Shown here: positions 1-12,581 of the stretch, one piece after another
How the letters are laid out: the number at the start of each line of letters is the position of its first letter
Numbering within the stretch: position 1 is the first letter of the stretch
Source: Squalus acanthias
Lineage: Eukaryota
Direction: 5' to 3'
Assembly (NCBI GenBank): GCA_030390025.1
Contig: CM059425.1
Location: 176,020,001 to 176,084,000 of the forward strand
Length of the DNA stretch: 64,000 bases
Notes under the pieces: model-generated
The model's input: the letters and a program-made list of their open reading frames with translations, nothing else
The model's database searches: none
Told to the model about the DNA's origin: nothing
Translations under genes and position numbers: made by a program

Positions 1-325
1 GCCCAGAACAGAACCCATGCCTGGTCTGTGTGGGATCCACAGACAGGAGGGAGGCAAATGCTGGGCAGAATTACTGAGGTAGCCACCAAACTGCTGTGGG
101 AAGTGGCCAGCTGTATTCCACCCAAAATTAAGCCCCCACCCCTCCCAAGATTATGCTTTGGAATTTCAGGCCCTGTTAATGTTTCCCTTTAGGAAAGGGA
201 GAGAACATCAGAGACAGAATCACCTGAGTTTGTTCTCATCCATCTCCTGGCAGCTAGTGGCAGCTCCATCGGTAGGCCCCTTTCTGTCCTTTCAGTTTGG
301 GATGATTAGTGGCATCAAAAGGTAA

Positions 326-491
326 AAATGAGAAGTCGCACAACACCAGGTTATAGTCCAACATAACTTACCTGACGAAGGAGCGACAGCTCCGAAAGCT
401 TGTAAAATTAAATAAATCTGTTGGACTATAACCTGGTGTTGTGCGACTTCTCATTTTTGTCCACCCCAGTCCAACGCCGGCATCTCCACAT
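326..491 (+). mobile_element. Short Penelope-like retroelement insertion (hammerhead family A) with inverted 5' arm
   Basis: 13-bp TSD CATCAAAAGGTAA at 313-325 and 492-504; about 40-bp inverted arms (324-363 vs 419-458) enclose a hammerhead core; near-identical to 24946-25147. Confidence 0.8.
368..405 (+). ncRNA. Minimal type I hammerhead ribozyme motif
   Basis: Stem I TTAC/GTAA, CTGACGA 372-378, one extra A, stem II GGAGC-GACA-GCTCC, GAAA 394-397, self-complementary AAGCTT stem III. Confidence 0.75.
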
Positions 492-575
492 CATCAAAAG
501 GTAACACAGAGGAAATATGCAAAACATTTTCAATCAGATGGTGAAAATATTTTATTTAAAATGTAATAAAGATCA

Positions 576-702
576 GGAATTTCCTCGGTGCTGCTCCCAC
601 TCCACTGTCATAATGGGGCCACAAGAGTAATGGAAATCCGGTTTCTGCTGCACTTTCGGTGAAGCTACTCGGTGGAGCGGGAACAGGTCCGAGCAATTTT
701 CC
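576..702. mobile_element. Tiny (~130 bp) MITE
   Basis: Imperfect TIR GGAATTTCCTCGG / CCGAGCAATTTTCC; same TIR type at 23904-24029 and 50185-50318. Confidence 0.5.
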
Positions 703-1224
703 GGCCGAAGTATTTATAACACTGGGAGTGCTCGTTTCCGACTCTATTGCTGCCCTAGAAGGTATAAAACAAATTCAGTTTTCAAATGGTTAAGACATTG
801 TAGTTTAGCAGAAGAAAATTTAAGCAGATTGAAAGCCCATTGAATAAATTTATCATTACTGCCATTTATGTTTCTGACTCTTAATAAATGATCCCATTAT
901 TTTTCACTCATTCATATTTATTGCATTACAACCAAAAAGTGTACCCCGGGGCAGTGGTAAACTTGTATTTTGTATTCTGCTGCCATCTTTGCATTTTTGT
1001 GTAATCAATAAATGCTCGTGTTCCAGTAAGATGAAGAAGGAAAGCACTGACCCATGCATTTTTATATCAACTAATATCACAAAGTTACATTGCTTTTCAG
1101 AAGCTGCAATGATCAAGCACAATCTTGTAGCAACTGGAACACACTGCTCTTGTGTGTGGAGTTAGGGGTCAAATAATATTGAAGAGAAACCACTTCTTTT
1201 CTATGATCACTGTCTCTGTCCTTA

Positions 1225-1290
1225 TCATAGAATCATACAGCACAGAAGTTGGCCATTCAACCCATCCTGCTGGTGCCAGCTCTTTGAGCA
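1225..1290 (-). mobile_element. CR1 LINE 3' tail fragment
   Basis: ATCATAGAATCATACAGCACAGAAG..GGCCATTC matches the CR1 tails at 31136 and 32355. Confidence 0.6.
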
Positions 1291-1936
1291 GCAGTTTTTG
1301 AAACTTATTGACCACTGTGACTCAGTCAGAAGGCTTACCCGATACTTACAGCGTGACCTCCATGACTAACTCCCTCTACTGGATACGTATGTAATTACAT
1401 AACATAATCATAATCATCATAATAGGGTACCGTCAGCTTCTGGGATGTGTTCTGTGAGAATAGCATACAATAAAGTGCAAAAATTTTAAGATTTTTAAAG
1501 TACTTTACAAGGCCAAAAAGATAGTAGGAAATATAAATCATACAAGGTCCATTCAGAACATTTTCATTAGAGGTAAGAGAAATTTGATTAATGAAGGATT
1601 AATTTCTTCTTGATAATCAGTAAAAATATCTTCTGGCTAAGGAGAAATCCATTGACCAAATCTCTATTAGTCTACACACAGCCCAAATAAAATAAAACTT
1701 GATTAATTTTAATTCTGGCCACCAAATGTATGGTTTTATCCTGTTGTTCAAAAAATGTGGCAAAGCGAATATAATTTGGATCTCAATTCAATAATTTCTG
1801 TTGAAATCGACTGGGAATTGTTGAAAAATCAAGTTTAAAGTTACGAAGATTTTCATTGACATTATTCATCTTTGAAGGCAGCCGGGCAGTGAATTGGGTA
1901 TTTAACTATGAATATTGAACCACTTGACTTTCTCTA

Positions 1937-2121
1937 GAAAGAAAGACTTGTATTAATACAGCACCTTTCATGACCACCGGACGTCCCAAAGCGCTTTACA
2001 GTCAATGATGTACTTTTTGAAGTGTAGGCACTGTTATAATGTAGGAAATGCGGCAGCCAATCTGCGCACAGCAAGCTCCCACAAACAGCAATGTGATAAT
2101 GACCAGATAATCTGTTTTTGT
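1937..2121 (-). mobile_element. DeuSINE-type SINE 3' part (SacSINE1/AmnSINE1-like)
   Basis: GAAAGAAAGACTTG..GACGTCCCAAAGCGCTTTACA..GACCAGATAATCTGTTTT; homologous to 19895-20146, 29612-29908 and 51780-51955. Confidence 0.75.
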
Positions 2122-3524
2122 CTATTCACTTGATAAAGTGCAATAACTAGTTTACCATTAATACTCAATACTTCATTACTGTGCTTAAGTTATTGATTAG
2201 CCATTAGACTCCCCAATAGAAAATAAATATTACAATAGATGAGTAATATATTTTACAACAGAGTAAAACATCTAATTGCCACTTTTTAATATATGTCAGT
2301 ACCATTTAAAAGAATATAGCAGCTTTTTATAAATATTTTGTGACAAATTGTGTGGCACTGAAGCCGAACAACTGCCTGCCATAGCTGCATATATATTGAA
2401 TTTTGTTTGCAGCTGTGTACACATGCTGTTTCCTCAGCCAAATCCAGAAGGAGAAGTAGTTTGTTACAGTTCATGTTATAGATATAAAATATATATAATG
2501 GGTGTAAAGGTGATGAATGGCCTGCTGTGGTAAAATATAAGCAGTCAGAACAATCTATGCAGAATTGAGTTATGCATAATTACTAATTGATTTTGGGTTT
2601 CCCAGTCTCTATCTGACTGCCTGATGAAAACAAACTCAGGGATTTGTAAATAGTTTCTGTCGTGCTTTTGTAAGAAATCAGTACAATTAATTTGAGTTGA
2701 GTCGGGGTAGTATCATTGCAATCTTTTTCCTAATAATCATCTTTCCTTATGAATTTCTGTGTCAGGAAGGTTATTGTCTTTTACTATTCAGTTAAAGGAT
2801 CGCCATCAGAATGAATCTTTGGGAATGTCATTCTGTATATTAACACCGACGGAGGGGAATTTCATCTGGCTAAGCAGATTGATTCCATTCTCTTGGGTAT
2901 TGTCAGAATGTTGAGTAGGGAAAAATTGAACTACAACAAACCATTTCTCCTCTGGGATTTGGCTAAGAAAATAGCATACATACCCAAAGTTAGGAAGTGA
3001 TTGATCTGTGTTTTCTTTCTAATTCTCTGTTATCCATTTCAATACTCAATGCACTTTATACTTCACCCTAAACAGTTTGGAGAAATTCAGTGTACTTACC
3101 TTTCTGTTAAAGGGGTATGAAAATTTGGTAGGAAGGTCTGTTTTGTTTGCAAACACAGTGCATTTTTGTAAATCATACCTAAATGTATCGTCATATGACT
3201 TAGACATGTAGGTTATTGTGACAAAAATGAATTATGGCTTTTCTGGAACTTCTCACTACCCAAACAGAAAAAAAATGTCAAATACTATTCGATGAAAGCA
3301 GTGTCCCTTGTTTCAATTTTTCTCATGTGCCCTTACTGCTCTGTGGACTAAAACAGATGAGTTGCCCTTTTAATCTATTTTGCTCTGCTCTGTTATTTAC
3401 TGCTTAACAAGCACTTAACAAAAAAAAAATGAACAAGGTTAATGCATACACATAAGTTACATCTATTTATTCCCAGGAGTAATTTAAGAGTGTTACTGCT
3501 TCAACTATTAACCTTAAAGTGATT

Positions 3525-3990
3525 GCCATAGCCTCACAACTCTCTGTGTGAAGAAGTTTTTCTGACCCTCTCTTCCAAAGTTCTCACATTTAATCTTGTA
3601 TCTTTGGCTCCTTATTCTAGATCCTTCAATTACTGGAAACAGCTTCTATCTACCGTGTCATATTCTTTCATAATTTTATGAAACTTTATCATATCGCCCC
3701 ATGATTTGAGCTTTTCTAATAAAAAAGTCCTAATTTTTAAGTCTTTCTTTGTAGTTGTATTTCCTCATACCACCCAGCATCCTATAATGTGGAGTCCAAT
3801 ACTGTACATAGTACTCAAACTGAGGTCTCATTAAGGTTTTATATAGGCTCTTAATTACCTTTTAGCTTTTACATTCTATACCTCTTGTGATAAAACTGAG
3901 CTTAGACTATAATTAATGCTGTTTTCTTTTACTTAAATGTATCACCTCACACTTACTGACATTGAATTCCATCTGTCACTTTTTAACCTA
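3525..3990 (-). mobile_element. Old degraded CR1 LINE fragment (RT C-terminal region)
   Basis: TCTCTGTGTGAAGAAGTTT and TACTGTACATAGTACTC motifs align to the younger CR1 at 6872-8113. Confidence 0.65.
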
Positions 3991-4030
3991 TTCTGTTCTG
4001 TTCCATTTTAAATGTTCATCTGTAATTGTT

Positions 4031-4133
4031 TCCAGTTCTGAAGAAAGGTCTACACCTGAATTGTTAACTTGTTTGTTCTCTCCACAGATGCTGACTGACC
4101 TGCTGAATGTTTGTAGCATTTTCTGTTTCAGAA
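4031..4133 (+). mobile_element. Degraded Penelope-like 3' end (family B)
   Basis: TCCAGTTCTGAAGAAAGGTC..CCTGAATTGTTAAC..CTCTCCACAGATGCTG resembles 13551-13683; GAAA core is mutated. Confidence 0.6.
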
Positions 4134-4905
4134 CAGAACTCTGACTATGTCCCTGTGACATTTTCACTTCCCATACCAATATTTTTGTAGCTTCTCTGAG
4201 GAAGATTGCCAATATTGGACTAATTATTACCACTTTATAAGCTGGCTATCACCTGAAGAATTGAAGATAGACTGCTCAAACTCCTTTCACTTAGCAGAGC
4301 AAAGGCTTTCATACCATGTGTCTGCACTGATTCAAGCTCAATATGGGACTATCAACAATAACATTGGCCGGAATTTTCATACTGCCGTGCGTGCGGAATT
4401 GGAGGCAGGTCGGGAGTAAAAGTCGGAATAAATCGGATTGCGTCAGGAACCCAACGTCATCCCGCCTCCTCGCACCTTTAACTCGGGCATGTTTGCCAGC
4501 GCGGCACGGACCCGAACGGCAGAGGCGGGCGACCTAATTTAGATCATTATTACCTTGTTGTCAGACCCTTAACCGTCTTTTTAACCAGACAATTTGAATT
4601 TCACTGCATGACCACAGGAATCAGGGAACCATGTCTGTCAAGTTGAGGCAGAAGCTCAGTGGCCATTGAGTGAGGTATTACTGCAGAACATGGAAAGTAC
4701 AACAAATACTCCCATATGACACCTGCTTACTTTCCAAAGAGAAAGGCTCTTGCTGAGTACATTTTAAGAACAGATTTAAGTGTCTAGAGTTTGCAAGTCT
4801 TTTCTGCAAATTCGGAAGCCACTCTCACCTCATTGCTATTACCTATCACACCATTGACAGATTGCTTCCCTGATCTCTACTTGACCAGCCATCTATTACA
4901 TCAGC

Positions 4906-6151
4906 ATGGGTGCCATTTTTACTGTCTCACCTTGGTCCTCAGAATCAGACCACAATGAGCCCCAACACCAGCAGTACCAGGCACACTAGCTACAGCAACA
5001 GCAACAGCAACAGCAACACCACCAACCTTCTCCTCAATGACCTGATGCTCCAAAGGACAGAGGGCATCAGCACAGGACTGCACTGCGCTGGAGACGATAC
5101 CCGCAACACAGGGTATACAGGCAGAGGTTGAGCTTCCTCAACATGACTGAGCAGCAGTGCCAACGGAGGCTCAGGCTATCGCGCCAGGTCATCACAGACA
5201 TTTGCTGATTGCTGGAGCAAGAGCTGCTGCCCAGAGGTCCTGGTGGACACAACTTACCGGTGGCTGTCCAGGTCACCAGCACCCTCAAGCTCTTCACCTC
5301 AGGCTCTTTCCAGGGATCTGCAGCAGACATTTGCGGCATCTCGCAGTCGGCCACCCACAGATGCATCTCACAGGTCACCGATGCCCTGTTTCACAAGTCA
5401 GCCAATTATATCAACTTTGCCACTGATGAACCAGTGTTACTGAGCGGGGGCTTGACTTTGCGGCTCTGGCTGGCTTCCCACGGAGCAGGGCGTCATCGAC
5501 TGCACACATGTGGCCATGAAGGCACCCCTACATCACCCAGGAGTGTTTGTGAACCACAAGGGCTTCCACTCCCTCAATGTGCAGCTCGTCTGCAACCATT
5601 GGAAGATCATCATGCATGTGTGCGCCAAATTCCCTGGCAGCTGTCATGACTCTTTCATCCTGCGTTAGTCCACCCTCCCTCAACTCTTTGCACCGCCAAA
5701 CAGACTTACCGGCTGGCTGCTTGGAAACAAGGGCTATTCACTGAAGATGTGGCTCATGACACCCTTGAGGATGCCAAGTACTGAGGCTGGGGAGCATTAT
5801 AATGAAAGCCACATCACCACCAGATGTGTCACAGAGCAAACAATAGGCATGCTGAAAATACGCATCAGATGCCTTGACAGATCTGGGGGAGCCCTTCAGT
5901 ACACACCAGCCAGGGTATCCAGAATCATGGTCATCTGTTGCACGCTGCACAACATAGCGCAGCAACGAGGCTTAGCGCTGTATGAGGAGCAAGGTGCAGA
6001 GCGCACAGGCTCTTCAGAGGAGGAGGAGGAGGAGCATCAGCTGGAAGATGAGGAGGAGCAGGAGGAACCTGAGGTCCAGATGCCAGCAGCACCCGAACAC
6101 ATTGCTGCCCAGGAGGTCAGGGATGGGCTCATCATGGCCAGGTTTACTTAA
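4906..6151 (+). pseudogene. Harbinger DDE transposase (HARBI1-like) pseudogene
   Basis: Motifs [86 protein letters not shown] and an acidic tail; in-frame stops and a frameshift; (CAACAG)n poly-Q N-terminus. Confidence 0.9.
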
Positions 6152-6871
6152 CTTCCTGCATTACACCCATATGGCTGCCACATGCTGTGCCAGGATCCCC
6201 CCGCACCCCACAACAACACCATAAAGATCCCTACAATGACCAAGCCATTCCTTTCATACTGACCCCCATTGCGGAAGGTAACGTTATGTCTCACCATTCA
6301 CTCAAACTCAAAGTAGCAAACAAAAATGGGCATGACTGGAAAGTGGTGAAAATAAATAATTTTACATGTGACATACGAGTAACGGAACCTTAACAAAAAC
6401 ATTTCTTTAAACACACATGTGCTTACCCTTGTGCATCTACATCTGTGTCATTTTTCTTTGATGTGTGCTTGTACGAGGTGCAACCCCTGTGGCTTCAGCA
6501 GAGGTAGTGGCATCCTTCTCACTTCCCTGCTACGACTGCATAGATACTTTTGGCGGAAGTCCTCTGGGCTTTGGAGCCTCTGATGGCCCCTCCAAAGTCT
6601 GCTCCTCCTGCGACTGTGCAGAGGCAGACTCGTCCATCGCGATCCCAGGAGGCAGCTGGGCCTCTGACTGAGGGGGCGGTAACAGGGAAGAAGTGTGAGC
6701 ACTTTGAAAGGAGCCTAAACTTCCAAGTCCCCTCTCACCATCATCCTTCTCATGGGCCACCCGCACTTCCCTGCTAGCAAGGAGCTGGCAAGCATCTTGC
6801 TGTACATCAGTGGGGCCATGAGGACCAAAGTCTACATTTGACATCCCTCTAGAGAGGAGGTCTATGAGCCT

Positions 6872-8113
6872 AAGAACATAAGAAATAGAAGCAGGAGTAG
6901 GCCATTCGGTCCTTCGAGCCTGCTCCGCCATTCATTGAGATCATGGCTGATCTTCTGCCTCAACTCCATTCACCGGCCCTATCGCCATATCCCTTGATGC
7001 CCTTACTAGTCAGAAATCTATCAACTTCTGTTTTGAATATACCCAATGACTGAGCCTCCACAGCCCTCTGGGGTAGAGAATTCCAAAGATTCACCACCCT
7101 CTGTGTGAAGAAATTTCTTCTCATCTCAGTCCTGAATGGCCTACCCTTTATCCTGAGGCTGTGGCCCCTGGTTCTAGACTCCCCAGCCAAGGGAAACATT
7201 CTCCCAGCATCCACCCTATCAAGCCCTGTAATAATTTTGTATGCTTCAATGAGATCCCCTCTCATTCTTCTGAATTCAAGAGAATACAGGCCTAGTTTAC
7301 TCAATCTCTTCTCATACGACAGTCCAGCCATCCCAGGAATCAATCTTGTGAACCTTAGTTGCACTCCCTCTATGGCAAGTATATCCTTCCTTAGGTAAGG
7401 AGACCAAAATTGTACACAGTACTCCAGGTGTGGTCTCCCCAAGGCCCTATATAATTGGAGTAAGACTTCTTTACTCCTGTACTCAAATCCTCTTGTAATG
7501 AAGGCCAGCATACCATTTGCCTTCCTAATGGCTTGCTGCACCTGCACATTCACTTTCAGTGACTCATGTACAAGGACACCCAGGTTCCTTTGAGCAACTG
7601 CATTCCCCAATCTTTCACCATTTAGGAAATACTCTGCCTTTCTGTTTTTTCTACCAAAGTGGATAACTTCACATTTATCCACATTATATTCCATCTGCCA
7701 TGTTCTCGCCCACTCACTGAGCCTGTTGAGATCCCCTGAAGCCTCTTCACATCCTCTTCACAACTGACACTGCCACCTAGCTTTGTATCATCAGCAGATT
7801 TGGAAATGTTACATTTAGTCCCCTCATCCAAATCATTGATATAGATTGTGAATAGCTGGGGCCCAAGCACCAACCTTGTGGTACCCCACTAGTCACAGCC
7901 TGCCATCCAGAAAAAGACTCGTTTATCCCTACTCTTTGTTTTCTGTCTGTTAACCAATTCTCAATCCATGCTAGTATATTACCCCCAATTCCATGTGCCC
8001 TAATTTTGTTCACCAACCTCTTGTGTGGGACCTTATCGAAGGCCTTCTGAAAATCCAAATACACCACATCTACCGGTTCCCCTTTGTCTACTGCACTAGT
8101 TACATCCTCAAAC
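6872..8113 (-). mobile_element. 5'-truncated CR1 LINE (RT C-terminal half and 3' tail)
   Basis: ORFs 7777-8115, 7622-7873 and 6960-7694 ([35 protein letters not shown]); TTCTTATGTTCTTA tail; possible AGCCT TSD. Confidence 0.95.
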
Positions 8114-8209
8114 AAGCCTCTGCCATCTATTCTCTATAGAGACCTTGTGCTCCTGTGAGTGGCACATTAGTTGCTGCATGCTGGTGGCCAACCTATCAAT
8201 GGAAGAGCC

Positions 8210-9917
8210 TTTTTTTTAAATTCGCTTATGGGATCTGGGCGTCGCTGGCAAGGCCAGCATTTATTGCCCATCTCTAGCTGCCCTTGAGAAGGTGGTGGTG
8301 AGCGGCCTTCTTGAACCGCTGCAGTACATGTGTTGAAGGTACTCCCACAGTGCTGTTAGGGAGGGAATTCCAGGATTTTGACCCAGCGACGATGAAGGAT
8401 CAGCGATATACTTCCAAGTCAGGATGGTGTGTGACTTGGAGGGGAACTTGCAGGTGGTGGTGTTCCCATGCGCCTGCTGCCCTTGTCCTTCTAGGTGGAA
8501 GCGGTCGCGGGTTTGGGAGGTGCTGCCGAAGAAGCCTTGGTGAGTTGCTGCAGTGCAGCTTGTAGATGGTACACACTGCAGCCACGGTATGCCGGTGGTG
8601 GAGGGAGTGAATGTTTAAGGTGGTGGATGGGATGCCAATCAAACGGGCTGCTTTGTCCTGGATGGTGTCGAGCTTCTTAAGTATTTTTGGAGCTGCACTC
8701 ATCCAGGCAAGTGGAGAGTATTCCATCACACTCCTTACTTGTGCCTTGTAGATGGTGGAAAGGCTTTGGGGAGTCAGGAGGTGAGACACTCGCCGCAGAA
8801 TACCTAGCCTCTGACCTGCTCTTGTTGCCGCAGTATTTATGTGGCTGGTCCAGTTAAGTTTCTCGTCAATGGTGACCTCCCAGGATGTTGATGGTGGGGG
8901 ATTCAGCGAAGGTAATGCTGTTGAATGTCAAGGGGAGGTGGTTAGACTCTCGCTTGTTGGAGATAGTCATTGCCTGGCACTTCTGTGGCGCTAATGTTAC
9001 CTGCCACTTATCAGCCCAAGCCTGAAAAGTCGTCCAGGTCTTGTTGCATGCGGGCATGGACTGCTTCATTATCTGAGGAGTTGTGAATGGCGCTGAACAC
9101 TGTGCAGTCATCAGCAAACATCCCTATTTCTGACCTTATGTTGGAGGGAAGGTCATTGATGAAGCAGCTGAAGATGGTTGGGCCGAGGACACTGCTCTGA
9201 GGAACTCCTGCAGCGATGTCCTGAGGCTGTGATGATTGACCTTCAATCACCACAACCATCTTCCTTTGTGGTGGGTTTGACTCCAGCCAGTGGAGCATTT
9301 TCCCCGATTCCCCTTGAGTGTCTCAAGTCACTCTCACCTCACCTCTGTAATTCAGCCCCTTTGTCCATGTTTGGACTAAGGTTGTAATGAGGTCGGGAGT
9401 GGAGTGGTCTTGGCGGAACCCAAACTGGGCATCAGTGAGCAGGTTATTGGTGAGTAAGTGCCGCTTGATAGCACTGTCGATGACACCTTCCATCACTTTG
9501 CTGATGATTGAGAGTAGACTGATGGGGCGGTAATTGGCCGAATTGGATTTGTCCTGCTTTTTGTGGACAGGACATACCTGGGCAGTTTTCCACATTGTCA
9601 GATAGATGCCAGTGTTGTAGCTGTACTGGAACAGCTTGGCTAGTGGCACGGCTAGTTCTGGAGCACATGTCTTCAGCACGATAGCTGGGATGTTGTTGGG
9701 CCCCATAGCCTTTGCTGTATCCAGTGCACTCAGCCGTTTCTTGATATCATGTGGCTGAAGACTGGCTTCTGTGATGGTGGGGATCTTGGGAGTAGGCCGA
9801 TATGGATCATCCACTCGGCACTTCTGACTGAAGATGGTTGCAAACACTTCAGCCTTGTCTTTTGCACTCACATGCTGGGCTCCACCATCATTGAGGATGG
9901 GGATATTCATGGAGCCT
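8210..9917 (-). mobile_element. 5'-truncated poly(A)-tailed non-LTR retrotransposon (CR1/L2-group RT)
   Basis: ORFs with NYRPISLLSIISKVME, QFGFRQDHST, GVPQSSVLGP, MFADD, YKAQVRSVMEYSPLAW; T-run at 8210; same family at 18556-19081. Confidence 0.9.
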
Positions 9918-12581
9918 CATGTTAGAGATGGAGTCCTCCATTCTCTGCAAATTTGCAGACATCGCGGCCGCAAACCCTGTCAGAGCCTCCTGCACTTCTT
10001 CCTGCACCTCCAGGATTGCCCTCTTTCTGGATGGCCCCCGAGGCTGAGCCTCTGCATGCAGCTGAGCAGAACTGGGAGCATCCTGTGCCTTCTGGCGAGG
10101 AGTCTCCACTGCTGTCCCTGTCTCCACCATCTGTTCTTGTTCACTTGGGACTTGTGAGATTCCAGGTGACAACATTGCTCTATATCGTATAGGACCCACC
10201 GAGGTGTGCGTATCTGTGCTGGTGCTGGGTGCGCTTATGTCTGGTGATGGTACGCCCTCAGAGGCTGGAGGCTCCTTTGAGGAGTCGTCTTCTTCTTGCG
10301 CCTGGACAGTGCGGGGGGTGGGGGGGTGCTATTGATGCATCTGTGGGAGAGAAAAGAGATGATTTAGAAATATGATATTAAGAATGTGTAACGATACCAT
10401 TATGCACATGATGAACATTCACTATGAGTGACTGCTGCATGCCATGTGGCTGTATGAGATGTAATTCTGTCACCAGGTTGCTGAGCGATCCCCCTCTCTC
10501 CGTCTCCCACCGCCAGCTGCTCCACAACTCGGGAGACCTCCAGGGTGACCTCCTCTGCTGATGTCAACATGGAGAATGATGGAAGGCCTGTTCTCTCCCT
10601 CTCCCTCTTATTGTGGGCTCTCTTCTCCTGCAAGCAGGGAAAAAAGAGAAGTTTGAGTGAGAGTGATGTCATGAGTGTAAGGAATGAATGGGTTACATCT
10701 GTAGAGGGTGACTATGAGGGAGTGGGGTGCCAATGCCAAATGGCCTCCTTGTGTGGTGTTACTTGGTATGAGTGCATTAGGATGAGGGTGAGTGTGAGGG
10801 GTGGTTAGTCAGATGGGAATGCGAGTAGGTAAATAGAGAGAGGGATGGGTGGACGTGCAAGGTATGTTGGTGTGAGTAATGATGTGCAGGAGCAGGCTTG
10901 GGAAGACAGAATGATGGGGATGTGATGAGAGGCACAGCAGGATGAAGTTGAGTGTGGCTTTGCACTCACCTTTCTTGATCTCATGAGATCATTGAAACGT
11001 TTGCGGCACTGCACCCAGGTCCTCCTGACCACATCCCTGCTGTTGACCTCCTCTGCTCTATCCAGCCAGGCTCTTTTTGTCTCCTGGGGAGGTCTCTTCC
11101 ACCCATCAGCAGGGAAGAGGACCTCCCTGCATGCTCTGACTCCCTCCACAAGCATATGGAGGGAGTCATCGGAAAACCTGGGTGTAGCCCTCTGCCTCTG
11201 TGAAGCCATCTGTGCTAGGCTGAGCAATAGGCAGATGCTGAAATGTACTGCCTGCACACTCCTAGATGAACCTTCAAATGCAATGTGACCAATGTGCAAT
11301 GTGCTCCTTTAAATATCCCGGCTGGAAATGAGTCATCGATAATGTCATCAGACCCACACCATTTAATAGGGCCGGAATGCACAGGCCTGCCTTAATAGGC
11401 GCCATTAAGGGAAAGTCGCTCTGAGGAGCGGGATGAAAAGAAGAACGGGGTCACAACCCACCACGCCGACCACCTGCACCTGACCCGCCCAGGAAAAGGA
11501 AATTCCGTTTTCTTTCTGCTCTATCATTACTCAACACATTTCAAACACTGGTAGAACATACATAGCAGCAATATAAAAGGATGGGCTATAATGTGGCCTT
11601 GCCTGTGCCGCCTATATGTTGAGAACAAATCATTTAGAAAATAAATTACTCCAATTCACAATAGAATGGAATTTAGCCAGAACTAGCCAGATTGGGCCCA
11701 TTTCAGATCTTCTGAAAATTAATCTCCAAATGATCAATTTATGTTACTTCATACATGGTGACAATAGAAACATATCAGAACTACTTCAACACATGCAAAA
11801 ACTGATAATCCCTAAATGTTAATTTATCAACGTGTTACTGTTTATATTGAAGCCTTACAACATTTGCAATAATTAAAATTAATAATCTGACAGGTATTAC
11901 TCAAGAAGAGAGTTCAGGTCCTAAACTGGTATTCTTGTTGTTGATATAGAGAAGAGCACAACCCACAATAACAGGGAATTATTTGTTAGATTTAGCTGTC
12001 CTTTAATATGTACACTATCTATGTTTTAAAGAAGCATTATCCCCCTGCTAAACTGCCTTATATAACAGTTTACCTTCATACTTCATGTACATATTTAACA
12101 GTCACTACACAATAATGCGATTGGACCATCTCATATTTTGTTTTTGTAAAAATGTAGAACGAGCTTTTGTTGCTAAAAGAACTGAGGACAAGTTCGTGAC
12201 GTTGAACACTTCCCATGGTAACAGACTGCACGACTTTTCAATTATAATGACAGCTTTATAAGACCAGCCATTCTTCAAATGGCACAAATTTGGCATTGAC
12301 CTGTTCTGAACCAGCCACTGAGACCAGTGATGTGCCACTGATTACAACTAAATCTATGTTATTCATTGACATATTAATTTATTGCAATTGTATGTGTCGG
12401 GATAAATATCTAATGCACAACACTAGACGGTGTGCACATCCAGATACTAATTCAATATCATATTGTGATAAAAGTGAGTGCCTTTTGTTGAATGGAGTAA
12501 AGCTATTTTATTCTATGCCTTAATGTTTCATTCATTGTCATAAAGCTGCTATTATTAGTTTAACTGTTATTATAATAGATA

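Larger units (their letters stand above)
6450..11209 (-). pseudogene. Harbinger Myb/SANT-like DNA-binding gene, spliced, disrupted by two LINEs
   Basis: Exon 1 11209-10970 (MASQRQRATPRFSDDSL..RTWVQCRKRFNDL, AAG|GTGAGT); exon 2 10627-10474 (EKRAHNKRERERTG); later exons run past both LINEs to about 6450. Confidence 0.8.
4366..11507 (+). mobile_element. PIF/Harbinger DNA transposon H1 (decayed, two nested LINEs)
   Basis: Left end ATT|GGCCGGAATTTTC; partial right TIR GGAAATTCCG at 11498-11507; convergent transposase (+) and Myb/SANT (-) genes. Confidence 0.75.

Noticed and set aside
3093..3125. Minus-strand AG|GTAAGT donor or micro-exon (similar case at 31708-31740)
   Set aside because: Cannot be linked to any exon chain from sequence alone.
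4906..6151. Domesticated HARBI1 host gene
   Set aside because: Stops, frameshifts, TIR context and multiple paralogous copies indicate transposon relics.
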